The notes beneath the pieces were generated by a model, which saw only the letters and a program-made list of their open reading frames with translations, was not told the DNA's origin and ran no database searches. Shown one piece after another: positions 19,574-29,198 of a stretch of 64,000 nt of DNA (position 1 is the stretch's first letter; every line of letters starts with the position of its first letter). This stretch comes from Nitrososphaera sp. (GTDB taxonomy: Archaea > Thermoproteota > EX4484-205 > JAAOZO01). The stretch lies in assembly GCA_039793485.1 (NCBI GenBank), contig JBAMLO010000049.1:4157-68156 (forward strand), written 5' to 3'. The position numbers and the translations under genes were made by a program.

Positions 19574-20497
19574 TTGGGAAAAATGAAGCTAGTTGAGTTT
19601 GAGGAAAGCTACTTCGAAGAGGTTCGAAGTTTACTAAACCTAAGCCTTTCTGAAGACTTTATTTCTGATAGAAGCCTTAAGAGAATAACGTTCGATGACC
19701 CAAACTATGATGAGCGTTACGCTCTTGTTGCAATAGAGAATGAAAATATAGTTGGGTTTGCACTTGGAGTTAAGAGAAAAAGAGCTCCAGAAGAACTGGT
19801 TGAAGCTCAAAAAGGGTTAGCTTGGATAAAGGTTTTTGCTGTAAGAGAAGGCTACAGAAATAAAGGAATAGCAACAAAGCTGTTTGAGGAACTAGAAAGC
19901 CGACTTAAAGATAGTGGTACTAAGAAAGTTCGAATTGCTGACTTTCCAGGGTGGACTCTTTTCAGTGGCGTAGACTTAAAATACCAGGATGCGCTTGCTT
20001 TCTTACTTGGTAGGGGGTTTAAGAAGGTAGGAGAAGCTGTCGACTACGAAATAGATTTACTAAACTTTTACATACCAAAAAGGATCCTTAAGACGAACGT
20101 TAGCCCAGCTGTAGTACGCAAAGCCGAGAAATCAGATAAAAACAAAGTTCTAAGCTGGGTAAAGTCAGAATTTTCTGCTTTTTGGGAATACGAGGCAAGT
20201 GTAGGCTTTACATACGACAAGCCAAAGTTATGGATCGCTGAAGAGGGCAACGAAATTATTGGGTTCTCTGTTTATAGTGCACTTGAACCTCATTGGTTTG
20301 GTCCAATTGGCGTTTCTGCAAAAACTAGACTAAAGGGAATAGGTTCTTTGCTTCTCTTTAACTGTCTCAAGAGCATGAGAGAGGAAGGTCAAAGAATCGC
20401 AGTAATACCTTGGACTAGCCACTTGTTCTTTTACACACAGGTACCTGGAATAAATAGAATCCGTCACTATTGGATTCTCGAAAAAACCTTCCCTTAG
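19574..20497 (+). CDS. Tandem GNAT-domain N-acetyltransferase
   Basis: Two acetyl-CoA binding motifs: VREGYRNKGIATKLF and the region around GPIGVSAKTRLKGIGSLL. Confidence 0.6.
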   Translation: MGKMKLVEFEESYFEEVRSLLNLSLSEDFISDRSLKRITFDDPNYDERYALVAIENENIVGFALGVKRKRAPEELVEAQKGLAWIKVFAVREGYRNKGIATKLFEELESRLKDSGTKKVRIADFPGWTLFSGVDLKYQDALAFLLGRGFKKVGEAVDYEIDLLNFYIPKRILKTNVSPAVVRKAEKSDKNKVLSWVKSEFSAFWEYEASVGFTYDKPKLWIAEEGNEIIGFSVYSALEPHWFGPIGVSAKTRLKGIGSLLLFNCLKSMREEGQRIAVIPWTSHLFFYTQVPGINRIRHYWILEKTFP

Positions 20498-20637
20498 ATC
20501 TTACGTTCAATAAAAAGGAAAACAAGAATTACCATATCTGAAGTGCCAGCTCATGCACTGTTTTGAAGCGAAGTAGGGATTAGTAGGATTGTCCTAGTTC
20601 TAAGGTCATGTAGTTTAGTTTAAGTCTTTTAAAAGTT

Positions 20638-21843
20638 TCAGGTTGTTACAGAGATTACTTTCTTCACAGCCGAACTTATCGTAACTATTTCATTGTCCGT
20701 AAGCACAGGGTCCGTGTACAAGCTAAATACTCTTCCTGAAACATCTTCGCTTACCGGGAAGTCTCCTGCTTTGTACTTTATGTTTTTATAGAAGTCTAAC
20801 CTTTTTCCTCTCTCATATAGATCCTGAAAAAGTGGTTCTAGGTGGAGTGGAGTAGGATAAAACACTCCTGCTGGTGCGTTCTCCGCTCTTAAGTACTTCA
20901 CGAACTCATCTCTTGGCACTTTCACGTCTTCAGTTAGCTTAATCGTATATAAGTGAAAGACATGTTTTGCATATGGTCTTTCAATGGGGAGCTCTAAACC
21001 CTTTATCCCTTTTAACTCATCATAGTATATTTTAGCATGCTTCCTCCTTATGTTGTTAAAATTTTCTAGTTTTTTAAGCTGAACTAGTCCTATTGCTGAT
21101 TGCATCTCTGTTATTCTATAGTTGTATCCAAGTATTTCGTAGTGATATGTTGAGGCCTGGCCATGATGTCTAACCAACCTGGCTTTGTTTGCCATTTTTT
21201 CGTCGTTAGTCAAAACCATGCCCCCTTCTCCAGTCATCATATTTTTTGTCGCGTAAAAACTGAAAGCAGATATGTGCCCTATACTCCCAACTTTCTTACC
21301 CTTATATTCTGCTCCTATTGCCTGTGCACAATCTTCAACAACTATTAAATTTTTTTCTCTTGCGATTTCCATTATCTCATCCATTTCAGCAGGGTGACCA
21401 AATAAATGAACAACGATTATTGCTTTTGTTTTTTCAGTGATTTTTCTCTTTACATCTTCTGGATCAATTGTAAAAGTTTCTTTGTCTATATCTGCAAAAA
21501 CGGGTACTGCATCTTGATGAAGCACGCTAGTTGCTGTAGCAACAAAAGTAAACGGTGGAACGATTACTTCGTCTCCCGCTTTTATCCCTGCCGCCGCTAA
21601 CGCAGTATGGAGTGCAGTAGTTCCGTTTGAAGTTGCAATAGCAAATTTTGTTCCAATATATTTAGCGAATTCTTCTTCAAATTTTTTTGTTTTATCTCCT
21701 GCTAGGCTTGAAAGTTTTCTTGATCTTAAAACTTCTTCTACAGCCTCTATTTCTTCTTCCTCTATTACTGGTCTTGGTCTTATGGGCTGCTCACTTACGG
21801 GCTTACCACCGTAGAAAGCTAGCCTACTTAGGTCGTTCATCAT
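20638..21843 (-). CDS. DegT/DnrJ/EryC1/StrS-family PLP-dependent sugar aminotransferase
   Basis: SFYATKNMMTGEGGMV contains the lysine of the PLP-binding motif. Fold type I layout. Confidence 0.8.
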   Translation of the reverse strand: MMNDLSRLAFYGGKPVSEQPIRPRPVIEEEEIEAVEEVLRSRKLSSLAGDKTKKFEEEFAKYIGTKFAIATSNGTTALHTALAAAGIKAGDEVIVPPFTFVATATSVLHQDAVPVFADIDKETFTIDPEDVKRKITEKTKAIIVVHLFGHPAEMDEIMEIAREKNLIVVEDCAQAIGAEYKGKKVGSIGHISAFSFYATKNMMTGEGGMVLTNDEKMANKARLVRHHGQASTYHYEILGYNYRITEMQSAIGLVQLKKLENFNNIRRKHAKIYYDELKGIKGLELPIERPYAKHVFHLYTIKLTEDVKVPRDEFVKYLRAENAPAGVFYPTPLHLEPLFQDLYERGKRLDFYKNIKYKAGDFPVSEDVSGRVFSLYTDPVLTDNEIVTISSAVKKVISVTT

Positions 21844-22116
21844 ACTTGACTGTAAACTGCCCTTTTTTAGTTTTTCTTACTGCTTATAGTGAGCCACCCG
21901 CATTACGGACGAAGTCTCCTTGCGAAAAGGAAGAAAGGGCGATTTTTATAGAACAAATTTAGATTTTCAAGAACAGTTTTGCGCAAAGGCCTTCGGTTGA
22001 TGATAGAAAGAAAAACGATGCTTATGTTTTTAAAGGATTTTGTTGAAAACATACAAATCCTTACAGCCTCAGCTTTTTCATTAGGATTTAAATACCTTCT
22101 TTGCAAGTAGGCTGCC

Positions 22117-22839
22117 ATGAAAAAACCCACGTTATTCTTTAATGAAGGTATGAAAATAAGCGGAATTCTCTCAGAGGTTGAAGGTTCCGAAGACATCGTA
22201 ATCTTCTTTCATGGCTTCACTGGTGACAAAAATGAAGCTAACAACCTTTTTGTTGAAGCTGAAAATTATTTCAACAGAGAAGGTATTTCAACCTTTCGCT
22301 TTGATTTTAGATTTTCAAAAACAAACTCTAACAAGAGTGAGAGCGAAGGCACTATAGACGAAATGCTTCCCTCTGCTTGGATTTCCGATGGTCTTTTTGT
22401 CACAAGAAAAATTAAGCAACTCTTTTCAAAAAAGAAAATTCATTTAGTGGGGCTAAGTATGGGTGGATTAGTTGGCATTCACGTTGCGGTAAATGAAAAA
22501 GTTAACTCATTGATTTTATGGTCCGCAGTTGTAGACTCTGAATCGTTACTTGATGGCTCGAAAGAATGGATAAAAAGTATAATGCCAAAAAATTACGAAG
22601 CGTTTGTAGCAGACTTTGCAAGAAACAATCCAGTTAAACTTTACAACAAACTAACTAATACTCCTATATTTATAGTAGCAGGAGAAAAAGATATTACGGT
22701 TCCGGTAAGTCAAGCTGAAATGTTTCATAAACTCTTAGAAAACTCAAAACTGGTAGTAATTCCAGAAGCGGACCACGTCTTTTCAACAAAGAAAAATGAA
22801 CTTTTCGAAGCAACCCTGGGCTGGATAAAAAGCCTTTAA
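22117..22839 (+). CDS. Alpha/beta hydrolase (esterase/dienelactone hydrolase-like)
   Basis: GLSMGG nucleophile elbow and HGF oxyanion motif. Confidence 0.6.
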   Translation: MKKPTLFFNEGMKISGILSEVEGSEDIVIFFHGFTGDKNEANNLFVEAENYFNREGISTFRFDFRFSKTNSNKSESEGTIDEMLPSAWISDGLFVTRKIKQLFSKKKIHLVGLSMGGLVGIHVAVNEKVNSLILWSAVVDSESLLDGSKEWIKSIMPKNYEAFVADFARNNPVKLYNKLTNTPIFIVAGEKDITVPVSQAEMFHKLLENSKLVVIPEADHVFSTKKNELFEATLGWIKSL

Positions 22840-22856
22840 GTTGTTGCTTTCTACAA

Positions 22857-24419
22857 CTATTGCAAAACAAAATTTATAGTAACTTTCCACTTTTCATTTT
22901 CGCTTGGAAAATCTTTTCTGTAGTGGCAGCCCCTACTTTCTTCCCTAACCAATGCTGCCGTCGTTATTAGTTCAGATAGGTCCAACATGTTTACAAATTC
23001 TAATTGCTTTTTATCAAAAATTTTCTTCTGCTGATTGATTCTATTTCTTGTTTTCTTAATCCTTAGTATTGCTTCACTGAGAGTTCTCCTCTCTCTTACA
23101 ATTCCAACGTTATTCCACATCACTTCTTTCAACTCGTTTACATCCTTTATAATTTTCACGTCTTCCTGATGTTCATCTAACTCTACGGAAGGATTTACTA
23201 AGTCTTTTTTCTCTAATCTTAATCCTTTCCATTTAGCTCCGTCGACTATTGCTTCAACAGCTCTAGAAGAAAAAACTACTGCTTCAAGTAAAGAGTTACT
23301 TGCCAGTCTATTTGCACCGTGAACTCCTGTACAAGATGCTTCTCCTATTGCATACAATCCTTCTAGGTTGCTTTGTCCAAGTTCGTTAACTCTAATTCCT
23401 CCATTCATATAGTGTGCTGCTGGGACGATTTCTATCGGTTCTTTCGTTATGTCTTTCTTGTACCGCATCATAGTTTCATAAAATCCTTCAAATTCTTTCT
23501 TTATTTTTTCTACTGGAACGTCTCTTAGGTCAAGATAAATGCGAGTGTTTTTCTCTTGCATTTCGAAGTAAATTGCTCTAGATATAATGTCTCTAGTTGC
23601 TAGCTCACATCTTTCATCGTACTTACACACAAACCGTTCTCCTCTATCGTTTATTATTTTAGCTCCAGCGCCTCTAATTGCTTCTGTTATTAATCTAACC
23701 TTGCCATCAGGTAAAATTGTGGCTGTTGGATGAAATTGCACAAATTCGAGGTTGCTTACTACTGCTCCAGCTCTATATGCAACAGCTATTCCATCTCCTG
23801 TCGCAGTTCGTGCATTTGTCGTGATCTTGTAAAGTTGTCCTGATCCTCCAGTTGCCAGTATTACGTTATCTGCAGACATTTTCATGCGTTCTCCGTTTAA
23901 CATAATCTCTGCTCCTCTAACGTGGCTTTCCTCTGTTACTAATTTAAGTAAAAACGCATTCTCAATTATCTTTATGTTTTCATGTAAAGCTTTCTCTATA
24001 AGGCTTTTTTGTATATACTCACCAGTTTTATCTTTTATATGCAAAATTCGGGGAAGCGAATGCCCTCCTTCAAGAGCAAAGTCAAACTCTTCATTCTTTC
24101 TTTCAAACTGTATTCCAACAAACCTTATGAATTCTTCAACTCGATTTTTTGCTTCAGAGACGAGTATTCTCACAATTTCTTCATCGCTTATTCCAGCTCC
24201 AGATTCGAGGGTATCTTTTAGATGCAACTCTATGCTATCGTCTTTGCCAAGAGCTACAGCCATTCCTCCTTGAGCTAAATTTGTGTTTGTTTCGTCTACT
24301 TTGTCTTTTGTTATAACAACTACATTTAGCCCATACTTTTTTAACCTCAAGGCTGAGTAAAGACCAGCAATTCCACTTCCAACAACTATTACATCAAATT
24401 TTTTATCTTCTTTATCCAT
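22857..24419 (-). CDS. nadB: L-aspartate oxidase
   Basis: FAD-binding N-terminus DVIVVGSGIAGL. Succinate dehydrogenase / fumarate reductase flavoprotein-like layout. It lies downstream of nadA and nadC. Confidence 0.85.
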   Translation of the reverse strand: MDKEDKKFDVIVVGSGIAGLYSALRLKKYGLNVVVITKDKVDETNTNLAQGGMAVALGKDDSIELHLKDTLESGAGISDEEIVRILVSEAKNRVEEFIRFVGIQFERKNEEFDFALEGGHSLPRILHIKDKTGEYIQKSLIEKALHENIKIIENAFLLKLVTEESHVRGAEIMLNGERMKMSADNVILATGGSGQLYKITTNARTATGDGIAVAYRAGAVVSNLEFVQFHPTATILPDGKVRLITEAIRGAGAKIINDRGERFVCKYDERCELATRDIISRAIYFEMQEKNTRIYLDLRDVPVEKIKKEFEGFYETMMRYKKDITKEPIEIVPAAHYMNGGIRVNELGQSNLEGLYAIGEASCTGVHGANRLASNSLLEAVVFSSRAVEAIVDGAKWKGLRLEKKDLVNPSVELDEHQEDVKIIKDVNELKEVMWNNVGIVRERRTLSEAILRIKKTRNRINQQKKIFDKKQLEFVNMLDLSELITTAALVREESRGCHYRKDFPSENEKWKVTINFVLQ

Positions 24420-24479
24420 GGTCTTAGCCTTTAGCTTCTCATGGGTTCTACTTAAGTTTATTTTATAAATAAGCTTATC

Positions 24480-25337
24480 TTATGGCCTTAGGACTTCAAA
24501 AACTTCTAAACTCACGTCAACGGCTTTTGCTGAGTGAGTTATAGCTCCACTACTTATGATGTCTACGTCGCAAGCAGCATAATCTAAAATGTTTTCCTCG
24601 TTAATTCTCCCTGAAACCTCTATCAAAACTTTTTCTCTCAACTTAAGTTCTCTAAGTTTATTTACCGTTTCTTTAATTTCTTCAACAGTAAAGTTATCCA
24701 GCATTATGATGTCTGCCCCTCCTTTAGCTGCTTCTATAGCCTCTTCTAAGTTACTTACTTCGATTTCTACTTTCATAAATGAGGACGCTTTTTCTTTAGC
24801 TTGTTTGATTGCTTCTCTTATACCTCCGATTATTCTTACATGATTGTCCTTTATTAGTATCATATCGCTTAAGCTCATCCTATGTGTATCACCTCCTCCA
24901 AGCTTAACTGCCTTCTTCTCTAAGTACCTAAGTCCAGGTAACGTTTTTCTTGTAGCTGCTACTCTAACTTTTGGGTTCACTTTCCTGCATAACTTCACAA
25001 GGTTGTTTGTTGCTGTAGCAATTCCTGAAGCATGAGAAATTATGTTAAGTATTAGTCTCTCAATACTTAGAATGTCTCTTGCGTTACCCTCTAGTATTGC
25101 TATTTTCTCTCCTTCTTTTACGTCTTCGCCATCCTTCTTAAGTTGTCTTGCATTCACTCCAACTACGCTTAAGAATTGAATGCACTCTTCAAGACCTGCT
25201 AGAACAAAATTCTGCTTAGCTACTATTGCTGCTTTACACCTTACTTCCTCCCCAATTAGTTCTGAAGTGACGTCAAAGAATGGAATGTCTTCGTTAATAT
25301 AGTCAAAAAACTTCATTGCTTCTGCTTTGCTCCTCAT
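24480..25337 (-). CDS. nadC: Nicotinate-nucleotide pyrophosphorylase (quinolinate phosphoribosyltransferase)
   Basis: Typical QPRTase length and motifs. It overlaps nadA by 4 nt. Confidence 0.85.
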   Translation of the reverse strand: MRSKAEAMKFFDYINEDIPFFDVTSELIGEEVRCKAAIVAKQNFVLAGLEECIQFLSVVGVNARQLKKDGEDVKEGEKIAILEGNARDILSIERLILNIISHASGIATATNNLVKLCRKVNPKVRVAATRKTLPGLRYLEKKAVKLGGGDTHRMSLSDMILIKDNHVRIIGGIREAIKQAKEKASSFMKVEIEVSNLEEAIEAAKGGADIIMLDNFTVEEIKETVNKLRELKLREKVLIEVSGRINEENILDYAACDVDIISSGAITHSAKAVDVSLEVFEVLRP

Positions 25338-26266
25338 AGTTTTATTCCCACCAGTTCGTATGTCTTAATAATTTTTTCTCTTGCCATATTGGCTAAGTTT
25401 TCATCAACTACAACCCTATTCTTCATGTCTCTCAGCGAATCACGAATGCTTTTCAGCGTTATCTGTTTCATGAATCTGCAGATTGCTGAATCATTGAGAG
25501 GTATGTATTCCTTTCCTGGACATTCTTTCTTAAGCCTATGTACAAGCCCAATTTCTGTTCCTATTATAACTTGGTTGCTTTCGCAACTGCATGCATACTT
25601 CATCATTTGACTGGTTGAACCTACGAAATCCGCAAGCTGCCTTACTTCTTTTGGAGTTTCTGGATGAACAGCTATCTTAGCATTAGGATATTTTTCTCTC
25701 GCTAAAATTATATCTTCCCTACTTATTATATGTGAGTGAACATAGCAGTGGCTTTCCTGTGGTACTACTATTACTTCTTTTCCTGATTTTTCAGCTACAT
25801 ACTCGGCTAAATTTCTATCAGGCCCAAACAAGATTTTGGGAGAGTCTATCTTTTTTACAACTTCTGCCGCATTTGCACTTGTAACGATATAATCTGAAAT
25901 TGCCTTTACTTCTAGATAAGAGTTAACATAAACAACTAACGGTATGCCTGGATATTTTTCCTTGTAAGCTCTAGCTACTTTTGAAGTTAGATAGTTTGCT
26001 AGAGAGCATGTCGCTCCTCTTTCAGGATGGAGTACAACTTTGTTTGGATTGAGTATGGCCGCTTGTTCTGCCATAAAATCAACACCAGCTAGAACTATCA
26101 CTTTGTTACTAAGCTTCGTTGCCTTTATTGAAAGTTCTAGTGAATCACCAACAAAGTCAGAAACGTCTTGAACCTCTGGAAGTTGGTAGTTGTGCGCCAG
26201 CACCACCGCATCTCTTTCTTTTTTTAGCCTAATTATCTCCTCTCTTAATTCTTCCTGCATTCTCAT
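25334..26266 (-). CDS. nadA: Quinolinate synthase A
   Basis: NadA family. Conserved cysteines for the 4Fe-4S cluster. Operon position. Confidence 0.85.
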   Translation of the reverse strand: MRMQEELREEIIRLKKERDAVVLAHNYQLPEVQDVSDFVGDSLELSIKATKLSNKVIVLAGVDFMAEQAAILNPNKVVLHPERGATCSLANYLTSKVARAYKEKYPGIPLVVYVNSYLEVKAISDYIVTSANAAEVVKKIDSPKILFGPDRNLAEYVAEKSGKEVIVVPQESHCYVHSHIISREDIILAREKYPNAKIAVHPETPKEVRQLADFVGSTSQMMKYACSCESNQVIIGTEIGLVHRLKKECPGKEYIPLNDSAICRFMKQITLKSIRDSLRDMKNRVVVDENLANMAREKIIKTYELVGIKL

Positions 26267-26347
26267 GCTTCTTATTCGTAGAGGGGTATAAGTGCGTTAT
26301 TCCAACACAAAAGTCAGAATGTACCTTAAGGAAAAGTTTTTAACTTC

Positions 26348-27805
26348 TTGTTTGAGGTATTTTTCTTTATGGACGTAGAAAGTCTTCTAAAGTATGGCCT
26401 TTCAATGGCTCAAAAAAACGGCGCGAGTTACGCGGAAGGCCGATACCAAGCAGACCGAGGTGAAGGCCTAATGCTAAAAAATGGGGTACCTGAGTTAGCA
26501 AGTCACTTCAACAACGCGGGTATTTCGTTTAGGGTTTTAGTTGATGGTGCCTTAGGCTTCGCTGCAACAAACAGAGTTTCTAAAAAAGAAGTAAGTAAAG
26601 TTGTAGACATGGCAATAAAAAGTGCAAAAGCTGCCTCGTTTTTGTTTAAGGATAAAGTTGGGCTGAGCGAAGAAGAGCCCAGAGAAGATAAGGTTGTTGT
26701 AAAGCAGAGAATAAAATTTGAGAATGTAGATCAGGAGAGCATGATCGAACTTCTTAGAGAGGCTGATAGCGTTGCAGTGGAATCAGCAAGCAAGCATGAA
26801 GCAAAGCTTGTTGGAAGAATCTTTTTCGTAAGGTCGTGGACAACAGAAAAAAGGATAGTAACAACCGATGGAATAGACGTTTATAGCTTCATACCAAGAG
26901 TAGCTTTTTCATTTTACTTAACTGCATTAGGCCCCAACAAGTTAGCTTCTCAAAGGTTCGCTGAGAAAGGAGAAAGTGGAGGCTGGGAAGCAATAGAAAA
27001 GCTAGATGTTGTTCGTATGATGAAGAGCGAGGGAGAAACGCTAGGAAGATTAGTAACTCAAGCTAAATCTCCACCGAAAGATAAACTAGACGTTGTCTTG
27101 GGGAGCGAAGTCGTTGGAATTGTTTGCCATGAATCTAGTGGTCATCCTGGAGAAATGGATAGAATACTGGGAAGAGAGGCCGCCCAGGCTGGCGAAAGCT
27201 ACTTAACTAAGGACTCCCTAGGAAAGGTTGTAGGTTCAAAAGTAGTTAATGTTGTTGATGACCCAACCATTCCTCACTCTTTTGGTTTTTACCTCTATGA
27301 TGATGAAGGTGTTAAAGCTAGGAAGAGGTACTTAATCAAAGAAGGAAAAATAAATGAATTCCTTCAGAACAGAGAAACCGCTTTTGCAACTGGAACAAAG
27401 AGTAACGGTGCTGCCAGAGCTTCACAGTACAATAGAGAGCCAATCGTTAGAATGGCAAATACCTACATGGAACCTGGCGACTATAAGTTTGACGAGCTTC
27501 TAGAAGACATAAAGTTTGGAATCTACATTAAGAATTTTACGGAATGGAACATAGATGATAGGCGCTTTAATCAAAGGTACGTTGGCTTAGAGTCCTACAT
27601 AATCGAAAACGGCGAGCTAAAGGATATGGTAAGAAACCCTGTTATAGAAATGACAACGGTCGGCCTATTCTCTTCAGTTGATGCAGTTGGCTCTGACCTA
27701 GACTTCTGGGCTGCCACCTGCGGAAAAGGCGACCCAATGCAGGGTGTTCCTGTTTGGACCGGTGGGCCCTCGATAAGATTAAGAAATGTAAACCTTGGAG
27801 GGTGA
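26348..27805 (+). CDS. tldD: TldD-family metalloprotease (TldD/PmbA pair, first member)
   Basis: HESSGH motif. Size of about 480 aa. The true start may be the Met at 26369. Confidence 0.75.
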   Translation: MFEVFFFMDVESLLKYGLSMAQKNGASYAEGRYQADRGEGLMLKNGVPELASHFNNAGISFRVLVDGALGFAATNRVSKKEVSKVVDMAIKSAKAASFLFKDKVGLSEEEPREDKVVVKQRIKFENVDQESMIELLREADSVAVESASKHEAKLVGRIFFVRSWTTEKRIVTTDGIDVYSFIPRVAFSFYLTALGPNKLASQRFAEKGESGGWEAIEKLDVVRMMKSEGETLGRLVTQAKSPPKDKLDVVLGSEVVGIVCHESSGHPGEMDRILGREAAQAGESYLTKDSLGKVVGSKVVNVVDDPTIPHSFGFYLYDDEGVKARKRYLIKEGKINEFLQNRETAFATGTKSNGAARASQYNREPIVRMANTYMEPGDYKFDELLEDIKFGIYIKNFTEWNIDDRRFNQRYVGLESYIIENGELKDMVRNPVIEMTTVGLFSSVDAVGSDLDFWAATCGKGDPMQGVPVWTGGPSIRLRNVNLGG

Positions 27806-27811
27806 AGAAAG

Positions 27812-29143
27812 ATGAGCGCAAGAGAAATAGCATCGAAGGTAATTAAGTTAGCCAAGAGAGAAGGAGCAACAGATGCTGTAGCACGGATAGAAGAACTTGA
27901 GTGGTACATGCTAAGATTTTCCAACAATAGCCTCACTGTAACAAAAAGCTTGTTGGAAAAAGAGCTTCATATCTTTGTCTGCATAAATGGCAAGAAGGCC
28001 AGCTGTTCTATTATGAACCTAAGCGAAGAAGCCATAAAAGAAGCAACAATAAAAACAGTGAGACTCGCGAAAAGTAGCAGAGAAAGCGACCTTTACGCTC
28101 CACTGCCAAAAGGTCCTTTCAAGTACGACAAGAAGTTCAAAAAAATAGGTGACGAAAACATAGATGTTGAAAAACTGCCTACTATAGTTAAAGCTTCGAT
28201 TGAATCTGCTTTAAGTTCAGGTGCAAGTAGAGTCGCTGGCTCTTTAATAGCTCAAAGAGTAAAAGTCCTTCAGGAAACTTCAGGCAGTGCAAGAAGCGAA
28301 TTTGAAAGTACGATGTACAACTTATCAGTTAGAGCATTTGCAGATTCAGATGCTACGGGACAGTTTGCAACAACTTCAACTTTTCTTTCAAAAATGGATG
28401 CTGAAAAAGTAGGCAGGATGGCTGGAGAAATAGCAAAAATGGCGAAGGATCCAAAGCCTGCAGAAGCTGGGGTTTACGACGTTGTATTTGGTCCCATGAC
28501 CTTTGCTGACCTAATAGAAGAGGTAGTTGACGCCTCTTCTGCGTTTTCTGTGGATGCAAAAACCTCATTCCTAGTTGATAAGCTAAATGAAAAAATTTCA
28601 AGTAAGGAAGTTACTGTAGAAGACGACCCTTTGAATCAAGAGGCTCCGGGGTCTTCGCCTTTTGATCAAGAAGGTTTACCAACATTCCGTAAGAAAATTA
28701 TAGATAGCGGCATTTTGAGCACGTACCTCCACAATTCAGCTACCTCAAAAAAGATGAATCAGAAGAATACTGCAAACGCTGGGCTCATTCGTCCTTTTCC
28801 GTTTAACATAGTAGTTTCTGAGGGGAACAAGTCTTTAGACGAGCTTATCTCATCCATAGACAATGGCCTGTATGTGACGAACAACTGGTACCTTAGGTAT
28901 ACGAATAGCTTGACCGGAGACTTCTCAACTATACTTAGAGACGGCTTATTTAAGATAAGGAATGGATCCATTGAAGGACCAATAAAAGGGCTCAGGCTTT
29001 CCGACAACATGTTGAATTTCTTGAAGAACATCGAAGAACTTGGAAGAGAAAGATATTGGATAAAGTGGTGGGAAGTTGACGTTCCGGTGCTAACAGGGGC
29101 TGCTTTGGTAAGGCAAATGAAGTTCACAAAACCCACAGTATAA
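27812..29143 (+). CDS. pmbA: PmbA/TldE-family protein (TldD/PmbA pair, second member)
   Basis: TldD/PmbA fold and adjacency to tldD. Confidence 0.7.
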   Translation: MSAREIASKVIKLAKREGATDAVARIEELEWYMLRFSNNSLTVTKSLLEKELHIFVCINGKKASCSIMNLSEEAIKEATIKTVRLAKSSRESDLYAPLPKGPFKYDKKFKKIGDENIDVEKLPTIVKASIESALSSGASRVAGSLIAQRVKVLQETSGSARSEFESTMYNLSVRAFADSDATGQFATTSTFLSKMDAEKVGRMAGEIAKMAKDPKPAEAGVYDVVFGPMTFADLIEEVVDASSAFSVDAKTSFLVDKLNEKISSKEVTVEDDPLNQEAPGSSPFDQEGLPTFRKKIIDSGILSTYLHNSATSKKMNQKNTANAGLIRPFPFNIVVSEGNKSLDELISSIDNGLYVTNNWYLRYTNSLTGDFSTILRDGLFKIRNGSIEGPIKGLRLSDNMLNFLKNIEELGRERYWIKWWEVDVPVLTGAALVRQMKFTKPTV

Positions 29144-29198
29144 AGTATTAATAAGAAACATTTTTAATTACCTTTTTAAGGTACAAAAACGATAAAAA

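Noticed and set aside
23884-24273. Plus-strand ORFs of 129 and 70 aa inside nadB, and similar antisense ORFs inside nadC and nadA.
   Set aside because: Antisense to strongly supported genes, with no motifs.
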